64,000 nucleotides of DNA, taken from NCBI RefSeq assembly GCF_036321535.1, contig NC_087437.1, positions 97,032,001 through 97,096,000 of the forward strand, given 5' to 3'. Every line of letters starts with the position of its first letter. Within the stretch, counting starts at the first letter, position 1. A model generated the notes under the pieces. It was not told the DNA's origin. It did not search any database and saw only the letters and a program-made list of their open reading frames with translations. Below are positions 39,401-53,900 of the stretch, in pieces. The position numbers and the translations under genes are program-made. The stretch is from Camelus dromedarius (taxonomy: Eukaryota).

Positions 39401-42400
39401 GCTCAAAGTGCCTGTCATTAGAGTCTTGAATATCTTTCCTAATTTCTAGATGGCCTGCTCTTCATCATTAGTTTAACAATATTGTTTAACATACCTTTTT
39501 TTCTTATTACTTACAGGGATATTGGTACAACTGATCATAATTATGCAATAACATTCTTAGTATTGTCCCATTTTAATCTGTTTTCCCCCTAAGCTTATTG
39601 GTAACAGAATACTCTGTAAGGATATTAAAACTGTATCATTCTAAAAGAGAACAATTAAAAACAAATGTGAGCTTTTCAATTTATTCTTGGGTTTGTAGTT
39701 GCCTTCTCTATGTAAATACTCATTATAACAGGGCCTTACTTTTCTCTCCTTTTAATCTTGAAATGATGCTTCTTTCATTCTTAACACACTTTCAAGGAAA
39801 AAAACACATTCTCTACCAGAGCCTATGCTTTGGCTCTGAAGGCCAGCTTTGTGTATATTAAAGCAGCCAGCATGTTAATGCTGATTACCAACGCGAGCTG
39901 CCTCCTCATAATTACAGAACACAGTGCCTTTGTGGTTTTATGTATTTATTAAACATTCAGAGATGAATGGAATACATGGCTCAGAGACATTTGGAGGAAG
40001 GGTTGGTATTGAACTGCTGAATTTTAAAGGGACTGTCCAAGCTTGAAGGGATGTAGCCTCCCAAGATACTTGTGCAATATGTTTCTTTGGGTACCTTTAT
40101 GCTAATAATGCCCATACCTGCAGCAACATTCTATTTTGACTCATGTTTGAAATTCTTGCATTCATAATTATACATATACTTTTACAAGGAAATGTTTATC
40201 AGTGGTCTTGGCCTTTACGTATGATATGTGAGTTTTATTAAACTAAGCATACTTGTTATTCCATGCATAATCATAAATGTTGTTCAGGTTTAAAACACTC
40301 ATTTTGTGGAAATGTTGTTAACAAAATATTACATAATTTTATACACTCATCATATATTGTCATTGAATGATCTGTTCTTAACAGTCCTTAGCTCCCTCAC
40401 TACTGGAAAACACAGAGGTTGACTTCACATAGGTGTAAATGTAAATCTTGAAATGAATACTATCATTTTATTAATTACAAGAGTTTAAATACACTTTTGT
40501 GAAAACTTTATATTTGCACAAAAATAATAATACATCTAAATCACTTCTCAATTTTTATATATCTTTCCTATATAGGAAAGATATATATTCTTTTTCTATA
40601 TATATAAATATAACTGTATATTTCCCCACATAAGTGGGATAATATTATAACTATTATTCTGTGAGTTTTTTCCATTAAAAAATGCCCAGCCACTTTTTAG
40701 CTGTGATATGACACAAGAAACCCAGGTTCTCTGGGTTTTTATTTGTAAAAGTGAGTGAACAATGTCCACCACAAAGCAATATCAGTTATTCACTCAACAA
40801 GTAACTAAAACTTATATATGTATTTATTCACTGAGCTCCAAATCTGTACTAAGCACTGTTCTGCCCTCATGGAGATTATATTCTAATGGTAGTGGAGGGG
40901 TAGGAAAAAATCACCAAAATAAACCAATTAATAATTATGAATAAAAGTAAAGCAAAATAAGGGGATAGAAAGTGGACAGGGGAATGGTTGATGATAATGT
41001 TTTGGGTAGGACCCTTTAGGAATTATGTTAAATATGGGAGTATCGATTTAGAGAGTTAAATATTTGTCACTGTATTAGTATCGGTTTATTCCCACCTTTT
41101 TTCTTTCCTTTTCCTTCTAATGACTCAAAAAGATGACAAGAATTTAAATCCAAAGGATGGATTATAATTCATCACCAGTCCTAAACTGTTTCCTGTGATT
41201 TTGTTCAAATTCTTACTTTTTGAGAGAGAGAGAGAGAGAGAGCAAGGCATGATATAGAGAGAAACCAGGTTTGGATCTGATCCTACTCTCAACTAGCTCT
41301 GCAACCTTTGAAGAAGAGCCACAACATCTTAGCTTATTCTTCTGAGGAAAGAGAGCTGGAGCTTCTGAAGTATTCTCGCACTGGTTCTTAAGTAGTGTCC
41401 TTACTCTAACCTTAAACGATTCAATAAGATGAAACTATTACTATAAGATTTCTGATAAAATGTTTACAATGCACTTTATTCTATGATAATAGGCTACTTT
41501 TTAAAGAATATTTGTATCATTTCTTCTCATCCTTTTCTTTGTTAAAAAGTTTTACTTTTATGAAAAATGAGAGTTTAATCTCTGAGTTCTATTCCTCTTA
41601 TTGTTATGTATTACAAATTACAATAGTCGCCACTATATCCTTGCTTTCAAAAATAATTTGAAATATTTGGTAAAATATCTTTAGAAAATATGAAAAGCAG
41701 ATATTAAGCTGCCATAAATACAGAAATAGTTGAGTGACTCCAGTATACTTTTAAATTCTCTAATTCATGTTTACTTCTTTAAATACAGTCTTCAGTATTG
41801 TTTCTGAAAGAATATCACACAATAAAGTACATTAATTCATCATAATATGCAAATAATTGTTTTAATTCTGAAAAATCCTGAAACCATTTAATTTCTGAAA
41901 ATCATTAGTAAGCCAATGCACTGATCATTAACTCTTGCCTATATAATTTGCACGTTAGGCTCATCCATTTCAAGGTGATTAACAGTATATTCAGTTATCT
42001 GATCAGATTATTTAGTATGGAAAAAATTGCGTTTCAATTTCCTGGAGATGCCATCAAGATCCTGACACATTAAATGCCTGCCCTTGGATCTGAACTGATG
42101 ATCTCATGTTTTAGGCATGCTTGGAGTATTCTCCGGTCCTCTCGGTCATAAGCCCATCTCCTTCTAGCAGTGATTACAGCCACCAGCTTTGGAAAGAAAG
42201 GTGGGATTAAGAACATTCTTAATGTTACACATAAAAATAAAAGATATTATTCAGTTTGATGATGAGCTGCTGTCAAATAGCCGTGGTTCTGTTTTATAAA
42301 ATGTTAGGACCTGAATTATGTTTCCATCATGTTTTCAGCATCCAGCACAGTGAATGGCACATGGTGGTTTCACAATAATTGTGTGTTGAAATACGGTCAG

Positions 42401-42609
42401 CTGTTTCACTATTTGAGTTTACTGATTATAATTATTAGTAATTGTGATTTACGTGTAAAGTAGACAGCTTTTCAAAGCAGGGACTGTGTTTGCTAGTGTG
42501 TTTACATTGCTAGGAATAATAACTAGTATCAGGCATTTCTCAATAAATATTTGTTGATCGAATTAGTAAGTATGTAAAACAGTTTCACATCTTTTTTTTT
42601 CCCCCTTCT

Positions 42610-42876
42610 TGGCTGAGAGTCAGGAAAAAAATACGGATCTCAACCCAATAAACACAAGGAACTAGATTCTGACAACCACCTGAATGACTATGGAAGGAGA
42701 ATTTTTTCCAATGTCTCCAAAACAAATCTCTACCTGGTGAAAATTTTCAGTGTGGCAGCTTGAGTGGAAAACTCTGTGAACCTGCACTTGAACTTCTGAG
42801 CTACAGAAGCGTGAGGTCGTCAGCGGGTGCTACTTTAGGCCCATTTTGTGGTAATTAGTGATAGGAAACTAATACA
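42610..42876 (+). mobile_element. MaLR LTR 3' part (MLT1H/J-like)
   Basis: aaggaactagattctgacaaccacctgaatga...gaacttctgagctacagaa...ttgtggtaatt...ggaaactaataca. Confidence 0.75.
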
Positions 42877-43944
42877 GAAGGTTTAAATAGCTGGAGGACT
42901 GTTTCTGCTACTTTGATAAAATTTTTGATGTATTGTTTATCTTGTTTATATCTCAAAGCTATTACCTGAGAATTACATTTGATCTCTAAAGTCATGTTAA
43001 GAATGTCTTTAACAAATCTTCAATATGAACAGGACAGTTAATATATATGAATGAAATCTTTTTTCACTCTGTTTAGGAATGTGCTGTCTTGAGCCTAGTG
43101 GGGAACTGGTTAAAAAGCACAAATTAGCTGTTCTGGAAAAAATACCCTAACCTGGTATGTCCTGACATCTTATTTAACACTAGATGGTCACATTTTCTAT
43201 TTCATCTGAGAAAGCACATTTTAATTTGTTACAGGAGATGTAGGGGAAGGAAAATTACTTTAAGTATACAGGTACTTTCATCTTTGCCTCAGTTTTTTTT
43301 AAAGACATGTTCTCATTTTGGCTTAATCTGTGCCTTCAAAATGTGATGATTTCCTGTGTTTTATGGTATGTTTTTTATAGTATTAACTGTTTACTACATT
43401 CTCCATGAATAAATGCAAATATAGCGTGAATATCACAGAGCACCAAGATCTGAGTAACACTATTTGGGTTGCTAAATCCTTGTAGTATATGGCCTGGCAT
43501 TTTGATTAATACTATGAATTCTAAAACACTTTCAATTTCCAAATATGCACAGTCACACGTACACTGCTAAAACAATAAAAATAAAATTAAAGGAAAGTTA
43601 CATTAAAATAAAAATTTTTTACGTTATTCGGTTAGGGAAAATATTCCTAACTATTTTGCCTGATGTATACATGCTGAAAAATGTAAATGCTTATTTTATG
43701 TCTGAAATGAATAAATTGATAGCTTGATTCTTAAAGAAAAGAAAGACAAAATAGATTGAAATATAAGACTTACTGATGACAGGAATTGTTTACCGTAGGT
43801 CCAGAGACACAGAGGAGTTTGCAGATAGAATTCAGAAGGTTAGTGATATTGAATAGGAAAAATAAATCATCTTTATTTTCAATAACTGCTGTAAAAGTGG
43901 ATAATAAGCTAAAGAACTATAAGAAGTATCAAAAATACTAACTG

Positions 43945-44645
43945 GAAAGGAATATCTGCATTCCTGTGTTCATTGCAGCATTACACGATAGCCAAGACCA
44001 TAGAATCCACGTAAGTGTCCACTGACAGATAAATGGATAAAGAAAATGTCATATATATATATATGACATATGGCTATCATATATATATACACATACACAT
44101 TAGAATATTATTCAGTCATAAAAAAGGAGATCTTGTCATTTGTGACAACATGGATGACTCTTAAGAGCATTATGCTAAGTAAGTAAGTCAGAAAGAGAAA
44201 GACAAATACTTACTATATGATCTCAATTACATGTAAAATCTAAAACCAAAACCAAACCCAACCAAAATGAAACAAATCTCTGAACTCATAGATACAGAGT
44301 ACAGATTGGTAGTTGCCAGAGGCAGGGGATGGGGGTAGGCAAAATGCGTGAAGGTACAAATTTCCAGCTATACAATAAGTAAGACCTGGGAATGTAATGT
44401 AATGTTCAGCATCATGACTGTAGCTAATAATACTGTATTGTATGTTTGCAGGTTGCTAGAAGAGTTAATCCTAAAGTTCTCACCACAAGAACAAAAAGTA
44501 TAACTGTGTAGTGATGGATGTTAATCAGACTTATTTTGGTGATCATTTATATATATATATATATAATTATATCAAATTATTATCTTTTATATCTGAAACT
44601 AATAGACTATTATATCTCAATGAAAACTACTGAAAAAAGAAAAGA
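43945..44645 (+). mobile_element. L1 3' end (L1MA9-like) with A-rich tail
   Basis: tgttcattgcagcatta...aaatggataaagaaaatgt...gcattatgctaagt...aactcatagatacagag.acagattggtagttgccagagg...gttctcaccacaag. Confidence 0.9.
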
Positions 44646-45418
44646 AACTACCAGTCTTTATTCAATGGCTTTTTCCCCTCGAATTACCATAATTATTATC
44701 TTTTTGAAGGAGTCCTGAAGAGATTTCACCAAAAATACACTTCCTGTTGGTACATGTAAATATGATACAAACTCCTATCCTCAAAAGTTGAAGATCTTTT
44801 TGGAATCAACTCAAACATTTTACCCTGTCATTTAGTTGATGTGTTGCTGTCTGAAATGTAGATTGATGGTTGACAGCATTGATGTCATAAATTATGCATG
44901 CAAATTTAGTGAACACAATTAAACTGAGGCAGTATGGGTAATTTAAATAATTACATGTATAAATAGTATTATTAGTCTTGTCAAAATCTGCACCTATACT
45001 AAATGTCAGCATTTAATATCAACAAAGAGTGTTAAGGATTCAGAATTTTGTATCAGTATGGTTGGGAGATTGATTTCAAGTTCAATTACTTATTAAAATA
45101 ATATTAGCATACATTTGTCTGATAACTTTTGTTTTTGACTTTTACCTGACTTTTGAGTAAGAATATAAACTCTGAAATTTTGGTTATATCTACTAAGCTA
45201 AATGGCACACAAAAGTTATAATCAACCATTTGTAATATATGGACGCTTACTACTTATACTTTTGTATAGTTCTCTTCAATATTCATATTTTACTGAACAT
45301 GTGTGTATAACATCAATTACAAATCTACATGTTTTTCCATTATTCAGAACATAACCTTTATTTTTATTCTCCTGTGGTCTACCTAAAGGTGGAGGATAAA
45401 GAATTTTTTAGTCAGATT

Positions 45419-46225
45419 AAAAATAGACATGGAGTTCAATGGAACAGAATAGATAGCCCAGAAATAAACCCACAGATTTTTGGTCAATTAGTCTTTGACA
45501 AAAGAGGCAAGAATATACAATGAGTAAAGACAGTCTCTTCAGCAAATGGTGTTGAGAAAACTGGACAGTTGCATGTAAATCAATGAAGTTAGAATACTCC
45601 CTCACACCATATACAAAAATAAACACAAAATAGCTTCAAGACTTAAATATAAGACACCATAAACCTCTTAGAAGAAAACATAGCCAAAACATTATCTGAC
45701 CTAAATCTCAGCAATGTTCTTCTAGGGCCATCTAACCCAGGCAATAGAAATAAAAGCAAAAATAAACAAATGGGATCTAATTAAACTTACAAGCTTTTGC
45801 ATAGCAAAGGAAACCATAAGGAAAACAAAAAGACAACCTATGGAATGGGAGAAAATATTTGCAAAAGATGAGACTGACAAGGGCTTAATTTCCAGAATAT
45901 ATAAACAGCTCATACAACTTAATAATAAAAAAACAAACAACCCAATGCAAAACTGAACAGAAGACCTAAACAAGCAATTCTCCAGTGAAGACATACAGAA
46001 GGCCAATAGGCACATGGAAAAATGCTGAATATCACTAATTACCAGAGAAATGCAAATCAAAACTACAACGAGGTATCACCTCACACCAGTCAGTATGGCC
46101 ATCATTCAAAAGTCCATGAATGATAAATGCTGGAGAAGGTGTGGAGAAAAGGAAACCTTCCTATGCTGATGATGGGAATGTAGTTTGGTGCAACCACTAT
46201 GAAAAACAGTATGGAGATTCCTCAA
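45419..46225 (+). mobile_element. Relatively young L1 ORF2 C-terminal fragment, truncated at both ends
   Basis: Encodes QWNRIDSPEINPQIFGQLVFDK (L1 ORF2), then gaaatgcaaatcaaaactaca...tatcacctcacaccagtcag. Ends at ggagattcctcaaaa with no 3' UTR. Confidence 0.95.
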
Positions 46226-46560
46226 AATTATTAAGCCAACTTCTGAATGTTGGTCATCACTGTGATTAGCAGTGAATCATATGTCTCACTTTTTGGACTA
46301 CGTTCCTGGTTAAGCTGTGTTGATTTTGAATTTAACAGTGACTTGGATTTGACACAGAAGAGTAACCATATTAATTGAATATTCTTAAAGATTATTGTAG
46401 CATTTTTATAACTAAACAGTTGAAGGAAAATAGCTCAAAATTTAGATAGCATAGTAGCTGAGTCCTATATATTTAGGGAAATCATAAATTCTCCCATTTT
46501 AATATTACTGTCTTCTCCCATTTGATGGTGTATGGAGGACATTGTTTAAGAGACAGTTAC

Positions 46561-47078
<518 letters not shown>

Positions 47079-47630
47079 GAAGAGCAAGACAGTTACGTGC
47101 ATCTATACTCACGCACTGGGACTGCAGTGCTCCAAAGGACTTACAACAGGATTCCTAGACTAGTCTTGAGCTATCTGTTCACAAGTGACTATTTTAATGT
47201 TTTAAATATATATATCTACAAATGTTAGAAACTGACCTCAGAAAATTTGGAACTACAGTGTCTGCTGGTTTCACTCATTTTTTCTGATGTATTTTTAAGT
47301 GAATTACTGTAAGGACAATAAATGTACTTTTTACATTCTAAGAGACATTTTATATTTGCCTGGGTGAAATAAAATTCACTTTCAAATTAAGTAACAGTAA
47401 AAATATGTTATTAGCAATTTTAATCCACATGATTGATACTTACAGAATGTTAAGTATACCTTCAACTCACATCACATAAAATACTCTGTGCAAGGTATTT
47501 TGATCTTAATACAATTTGTAACATTTTTCAAAGTACATTTTTATTAGCAAATCAAAATTCAAATTTTCCTTGTTAAATATTATATCCTTATATTCTTTTT
47601 GCCATGCTTTTCAAATAAGTTTTATACATG

Positions 47631-47925
47631 TTTTTAATTGAAGTATAGTTGATTTACAATGTTGTTTCAGTTTCAGGTGTACAGTAAAGTGATTCAGTTA
47701 TATATATACATATATATGTATATATGTGTATATATATATACACACATATTAATTTTCAGATTATTTTCCATTATAGATTATTCAAGGCATTGAATATAGT
47801 TTCCTGTGTTATACAGTAGGTCCTTGTTGTTTATTTTATATATAGTAGTGTGTATCTGTTAATCCCAAACTCCTGATTTATCCCCACCCCGCTTTGGTAA
47901 CCATAAGTTTGTTTTCTATGTCTGT
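47631..47925 (-). mobile_element. Artiodactyl-type L1 3' UTR, 5'-truncated
   Basis: ttgaagtatagttgatttacaatgttgt...gtgattcagttata...ttggtaaccataagtttgttttctatgtctgt. Probable TSD catRttttt (47627-47635 and 47926-47934). Confidence 0.92.
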
Positions 47926-48739
47926 CATATTTTTAATTTAAAAATAAAAATTTTAGAATCAGTTATTTAAAATGTTACTGCCTACTATGTCCTCCACAAG
48001 GCTTTAATGTCCTCCACAAGGCTTTAAATAAATTTACTGATGAGAACATTAAAATTCTGAATCACAGTGTACAATTTAGATGATATTTGATATGCAGAAA
48101 CAAATCTATTAAATGAGAATTTATAAGATTCTTCCCTTCATCATTGCCCTGAATTATGCCCATCAGGAATTTTCTACCAAGTTGATAATTATATCCATAC
48201 ATGACACAGCCACATACTGTTGCAAATTCACATATAGTTAAGTTTACAAATGAATGATACAGATAGAAAGTTATACAAGCTCTTGGGAAAGGAAGATCAT
48301 ATGTAATCTGGAAATGGGGCTGACCTTGCAGATGAGAAACTTTAAAGGAAGAAGAAAGAGTCTTTTCTGTCCAATATTCATGCATGATTATATAAACACA
48401 CACGCACATGCACACACACACTTTAGTATTTTGAATTATTTATAATTTTATAAATTATAATATACCAAAAGTAATCATTCTAACAACTCCATGAGGTAAG
48501 TAAAGTCGATCATTTCCATTTAGTAGCATGCTGGCTAAGACATGGAATTAAGTGGCATTTTCCAAGGCAAGAGAGCAGGTGATAAAATGACTGTCCCCAC
48601 TATGTGCCCTATACACTGTCCACCACATAATGTCAGAAGATGGAAAGGGAGAATGTGTAAAGACTGTAAAGCAAAGACTGTGTTTGAAGGGGACGTCTTG
48701 GGGAAAATTATTTCCTAACATTGAAACAAATCATTTAGT

Positions 48740-48950
48740 TTAAAAAACTTATTTATTCAACTGGGCATCTACTGTGTAGCAGCACAGGTATGAAGAATAG
48801 AGCAGTAAACTGGAAAGTCTCTAATCTCATGGGGCTCACATTAAGTGGGGAAAAACAAGTCAAGAAGTAAAGAATATGGTTTTACATAGTAATCGATGCT
48901 ATGAAGTGGGTGTCAGGCTCAAGGGAAGCTATTTTAAACAAGGACAATTT
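48740..48950 (-). mobile_element. L2 3' fragment
   Basis: atttattcaac..gcatctactgtgt...ctcatggggctcacatt. Confidence 0.65.
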
Positions 48951-49367
48951 ATGTAATAATGGCGAAAGCTTACAAAAGTCTATCCACCATCTTTCCTTGT
49001 TTGGTGGCAAATGAAGGAGAAATTGTGTCTTATATTTGGATTCAGCAGTTTAAAAAGAATCAGACATTCAGTTCTACAAAACCATAAAGATGACTTCAGT
49101 CAACACTGCTGAAATCACAGGGTGAGGCTTGTCAATATGCACGTCCCTCCGCCATCTGAAAAGTAGCCTCTGAGTTCATTTTCCAGGCTGCTCTCTGGGG
49201 ACACCATCAGTATGTCAGAAAACTACAACCTGGGACCATTTCTTTGTATCCGTGAATGGTGCTCCTGTCTTAGTAAGTGTACTTTTAGCTAAAATGTCTC
49301 ATAGTCCATGACAAATGCTTACAGTGTTCCTTTCAAGCAAATGCTTAAGAGGAAACGTGATCTAATA

Positions 49368-49605
49368 CTGTGCTGCCCAATACGGCAGCCACTAACCACA
49401 TGTGGCTGTTGAGCACTTGAATTGTAGCTAGTCCAAACTGAGAAGGAATGCAACTGTAAAATGCATGCTATAATTTTAAAACTGAAAATATTGGGTTAAA
49501 TGCAATCTTAACTTACCTGTTTCCACTCTTAAAAAAAAAAAAACTACAAAACTGTTTAAAGTTATACATGGGGCTCACATTAAAATTCTGTTGGACAGAA
49601 CTGTC
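49368..49605. mobile_element. hAT-Charlie MER3-like
   Basis: ctgtgctgcccaatacggcagccactaaccacatgtggctgttgagcacttgaa...ggctcacatt...ctgttggacagaactg. Confidence 0.88.
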
Positions 49606-50855
49606 TTGAGGGGAGGGATTCAGACTGACAACTAGGCCTAATCTCTAAAATCCCAGGCCATGAATAGATAGAAACACAGAGAAGATAACTCCAACAAGAG
49701 GTTATCATCTAACCACTTCAAAATTAAATAATCTGACACTATTCTATTGATATTATTGCAAATTACAAGTATAATTATGTGGTTAAAATGTGTCATTCAC
49801 AAACTACAACCTGCATAAAATTTCCTCAGTGACCATTTGAATATACCTATTGTCATAAACTGTGTTAAGAAGCATAAGTTGTATGCTTTAGAGGATTATT
49901 TTTTTCTAAACACCAATCTCATTTTTCAATTATCCTAAACACTTAAGAAATGCTGATACTATCTTAAAGCAATATTTTGATCCTTTTGATACATCTCTAA
50001 TTCACTGTTGGACATACCAAATGCAAGCTTGTCACTTTTTATATCCAGTTAAGAACACTAGGGGGAGCCTCAGAGAGTTACAAAGTTTTGAGAAAACCCT
50101 GTCTGCTATCATGAGGACAATATAACATAGTTAGGCTGTTTATCTTCCCCAGTTACTCAAAGAATTTATTTAAAAAGTAAGAACGCTCCATTAGAGCCTC
50201 AAATTTATGTATTAAATCGCTGTTGAGAATTACTTTGGATACACACACCTGTATAATAATATATATATGGATGACATATTTTCCCAATTAATGATAAATT
50301 TTGCCAAGAGTCCTGAAATAAAAATAACTACACTTGTAAAGTATAACTAAAAAACTGATCCTAGTGTTTTTCTAAATATACCAACTGATTGAACATTTGT
50401 AATCAGTCATATACTCTATTGTTTTTCCTCCCCTTGGCATCCTTTTGGAGAATGTTGTCAAGTATGAGAGTTTTGAGAACCACTGATTGAATCCATAATA
50501 ATTAACTAAAAATTCAAATCCATGATCATTTCGAGGAAGGAGGGAAATGAGTAGGAATCACTATGCTAATTAACATCTAAGAAGGAGCCATATGGGAGAC
50601 TGAAAGGCAGAGAAATTAGTGAGAAGGAGGAAAACTGGCCAAATGATTGAACTGTGGAAACCCCAAAAAGGAGAGAGTCCACAACATTATAAACTGGCTA
50701 TACTTTAATTAGAAAAAAAAAAGGAGAGCATCCAGGAAAGAAAATATTTTGAAATGCAGTGAGAAGCCTGGTATTTTAATGCCTGAGAAAGGGCCACTCT
50801 ATTTGGTAATTTGAATTCTAAGGATAGCAGTGTGGAATGTTTTAGAAAGTGTTTA

Positions 50856-50859
<4 letters not shown>

Positions 50860-50894
<35 letters not shown>

Positions 50895-50900
50895 TGTGTG
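50860..50900. repeat. (GT)n microsatellite
   Basis: Direct reading. Confidence 0.95.
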
Positions 50901-53900
50901 TATATGTATATCACATATTAGAGCTACATAAAATTCTGGAGAAGAGTTCATCTCATTCTTTAGTTCTTATTCTACTGCAGCTCAGAGATGTCAACCTCAT
51001 TTGCTAATTCATTTGCTCGACCAAATATTTAAGAAGCATCTATCATGAGCCAGACACCGAGACAAATTCTGGAAATACACAGTTAAAATATTACAAGCCT
51101 CTATCCTCAGGGAGCTCTCAAATTCATGTGATCTTTACATTAACATTGGGGTGTATTAGGTCCTCATTTGCTGCCTCCTGATGCTCCAGGAACCAAAACT
51201 TACTTGCATAAAAATTTCTGCCTGCAGCTGAGTTCTGTGCTCTAGCAAATAAGTTAGGTGGCTTTTTTTTTCTTTTTGAAATATATCCCAAGATAAAATT
51301 TTATAATATGTTGTTGTGACTGTTCTTGACATTTTAGGAACTACCTGTTCTAAACCCACTACAGAGAGGGCTCTGTAGTGAGGAAGTAGGTAAAAATAGA
51401 GTTGTCATAAAATAGTAATTTACAGCTACCAAATCTCAAAACAGGTTCAAGTGTTAGGGAACATTTCTAGCCAATATTTGTGTTTTCTGAAGAGGTTTAC
51501 TTAGATTTTGAACATGCTGTCTCCCAGTTAATCCCTGAACTGCCATTACTGCTATCTTAAATGTGATTACAACCGTAATGACCTCCATCATTTCTATTAT
51601 TGCAAGTAGAAATCCATAAATATAAGGATTCAAATAGCTCACATTATGAATTAGAAAACACCCTCCTGCACAGTTATGTACACTGAGGTGAATCAAATGA
51701 AACCCAGCAAACTGTCCTGGTCAAATATAATTTTTTTAAATTTCCTATTTATTTTATATGTATTCTACCTCTTTTTGTGTTTGAGGAGGGAAGATTTTGA
51801 AAACTTTACAAGTGATATCATGAACCATGTGTACAGTTATGCCCGAATGTTTCAACTAAAAAATATACTGCATAACAATTTTGTTTCATAAAGTGTTTTC
51901 TTAAATTATATTTGCCTGTGTAACTTAGTGGAGTTCTTTTTTCATGAATATATATATCCTTTCATAAATATTACTAACAAGCCAAAAAGCTGGCATTTAA
52001 ATGTCAGTACTATAAATAAACCATAAAATCTTATGCCTGACTTGAAGGGTCAATGTTTTGGAGTAACTGAAGAGGAATTATTTTTAAAGGAGAGGAACAA
52101 TTTTGGATTTATGGTACCAATAACTTCTCTCTTTAAATAACCTCAACCAATTTAATTAAAGTTTAAGGATAAAAGCCAGGCTAATTGTGTCCTCACGAAG
52201 GGTCAAAGGCACCACCATTTTCCTGGTCACTTTGGCCAGAGACCTGGGGGTCACTTTGACTTCTCTTGCGTCCTGTCAGTCACCAAGTTGTATGTCTTCT
52301 TCACAACGACCCATCACTGTACAATCAGGCCATACCCAACTTATGCCTCAATTACTATAATAATTTTTTAACACAAATTAAAATTAGAGGCAAACTTCAT
52401 GACACATCTTAAAAATCATAACAATATCATGAAACTTTGCAAATTTAGTATATATACTTTCTTAACTGATCTTTTCTTCTACATCCTTTTCCAGTTGATC
52501 TGCTGAAGAATATAATGACTTTGCACTGGGCATGAATCAAGGTTAAACTCCTTGACCTAACATTTAAAACAATGAGTTAGCTGCTTTTATCCTGCCCGAC
52601 CAATCATTTTTCTTCTCCATTACTTACCATAGCTAATTCTCTACTGGGTTCAGGTTTCTTGTACTTCCATGAACCTTCCCCTCTCTCTGTCTGGATACAC
52701 ATTTTGCACATTCACAATGTGTGTTTTCTTCTTCTACTTTCTCCAAACCATTTTTTATATTTAAAAAAATTAAGCTTATCCTGAGTGAGGTCTTCTTGGC
52801 TAAGCCCAACCTATTGCTTTTTTTAAAATGCAAATCTATACCATGTAGATTAGCACTCAAATCTCTATTTCCTTACATATGCTTTTCTTGCTTTTTATGT
52901 ATTTATGTTATATTCTCAATTACTGGGTCGTGTGAGTACCTTAAAGGCAGTATTCCTAAACATTGCCACTGTCAAGTACCTCGCTCATTATTTTTCTTGT
53001 GACCTATATATCTTGAAAGCTTTGTCTAACCAACTCTATTCACTAAGCAAATGATTGCTTTTTTTTGCGTGAGAATCAGGATTATTGTTCTGCTGTTGAT
53101 ACTATTCTAGTCTTGGGAAAAGACGCAAGAAGCTTTATCTGTTGAGCTTGCAGAAATATTAAAACCAGCTACAGACTCCTATCTTTTACCTTTTAAGAAA
53201 GAACTCCTTAGCCTTTTGCAGCTACTGCTGTGGATAAGGGTCACTTCTTGTCTTTGTTACAATCTCCCTAACTAGCAAGATTTCAGGTGTTCAGTAAAGG
53301 TTTAATGCTCTGTCCAGCCTGTGATTCTTAGCAGGAGCTAGGAAGAAGAGAACAACCCAAACCCTCAGAGGGCCAAGGTGGCTACAGTTAAAGAAATGTA
53401 TGTACTTTTCAGACATGGGCCTAAGTTTTGAAAAGCTAAGGAGCACTTGCTATCTTAAAGTAAAAGGCTTCTACTTTTCTGATAATGATGAATTTACTCT
53501 TGAGGGCTAGAAGGGAGGCGTTGGGCCAACAGAAGTGAAAAATAACTTAATTGTTCTTCCAAATGCTTCTTTATTGCTGAGTTCCTGCATGTCATATCCT
53601 TATAACAGTAGACTCTGCAAAAGAGTAAAATATTAAAGTGCATTATTTTAGCTAATGAAGCTTAGCTGATCAATCAAGTGCTACATTCAGATATTAAGCT
53701 ACAAAAATAAGTATTGAAAAATAAAATAAAGTAAATGGAGAATTGAAGATACAATAAGACCAAAGCAAAACAAAACAAAACAACATCAATCAGACGAAAA
53801 TAAACACTTATAAAGTTAGTAATACAATAATCTGAGTGATGACTTTGATTAAAAAAAAAACTGAAATAAAACAAATGACAGGAGTGATACAGCACCAGCC

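Noticed and set aside
44046..44070. Palindrome atgtca(ta)n tgacat
   Set aside because: Mostly a self-complementary TA microsatellite inside an L1 3' end.
45417..46060. Hydrophobic minus-strand ORFs (69 and 112 aa)
   Set aside because: These are typical antisense translations of L1 ORF2.
49188..49272. Plus-strand segment ttttccag|...TTA|gtaagt
   Set aside because: No recognisable product and no supported neighbouring exons.
51357..51380. Perfect 10-bp-stem hairpin cactacagag-aggg-ctctgtagtg
   Set aside because: About one such stem is expected by chance in 64 kb, and it is too short for a pre-miRNA.
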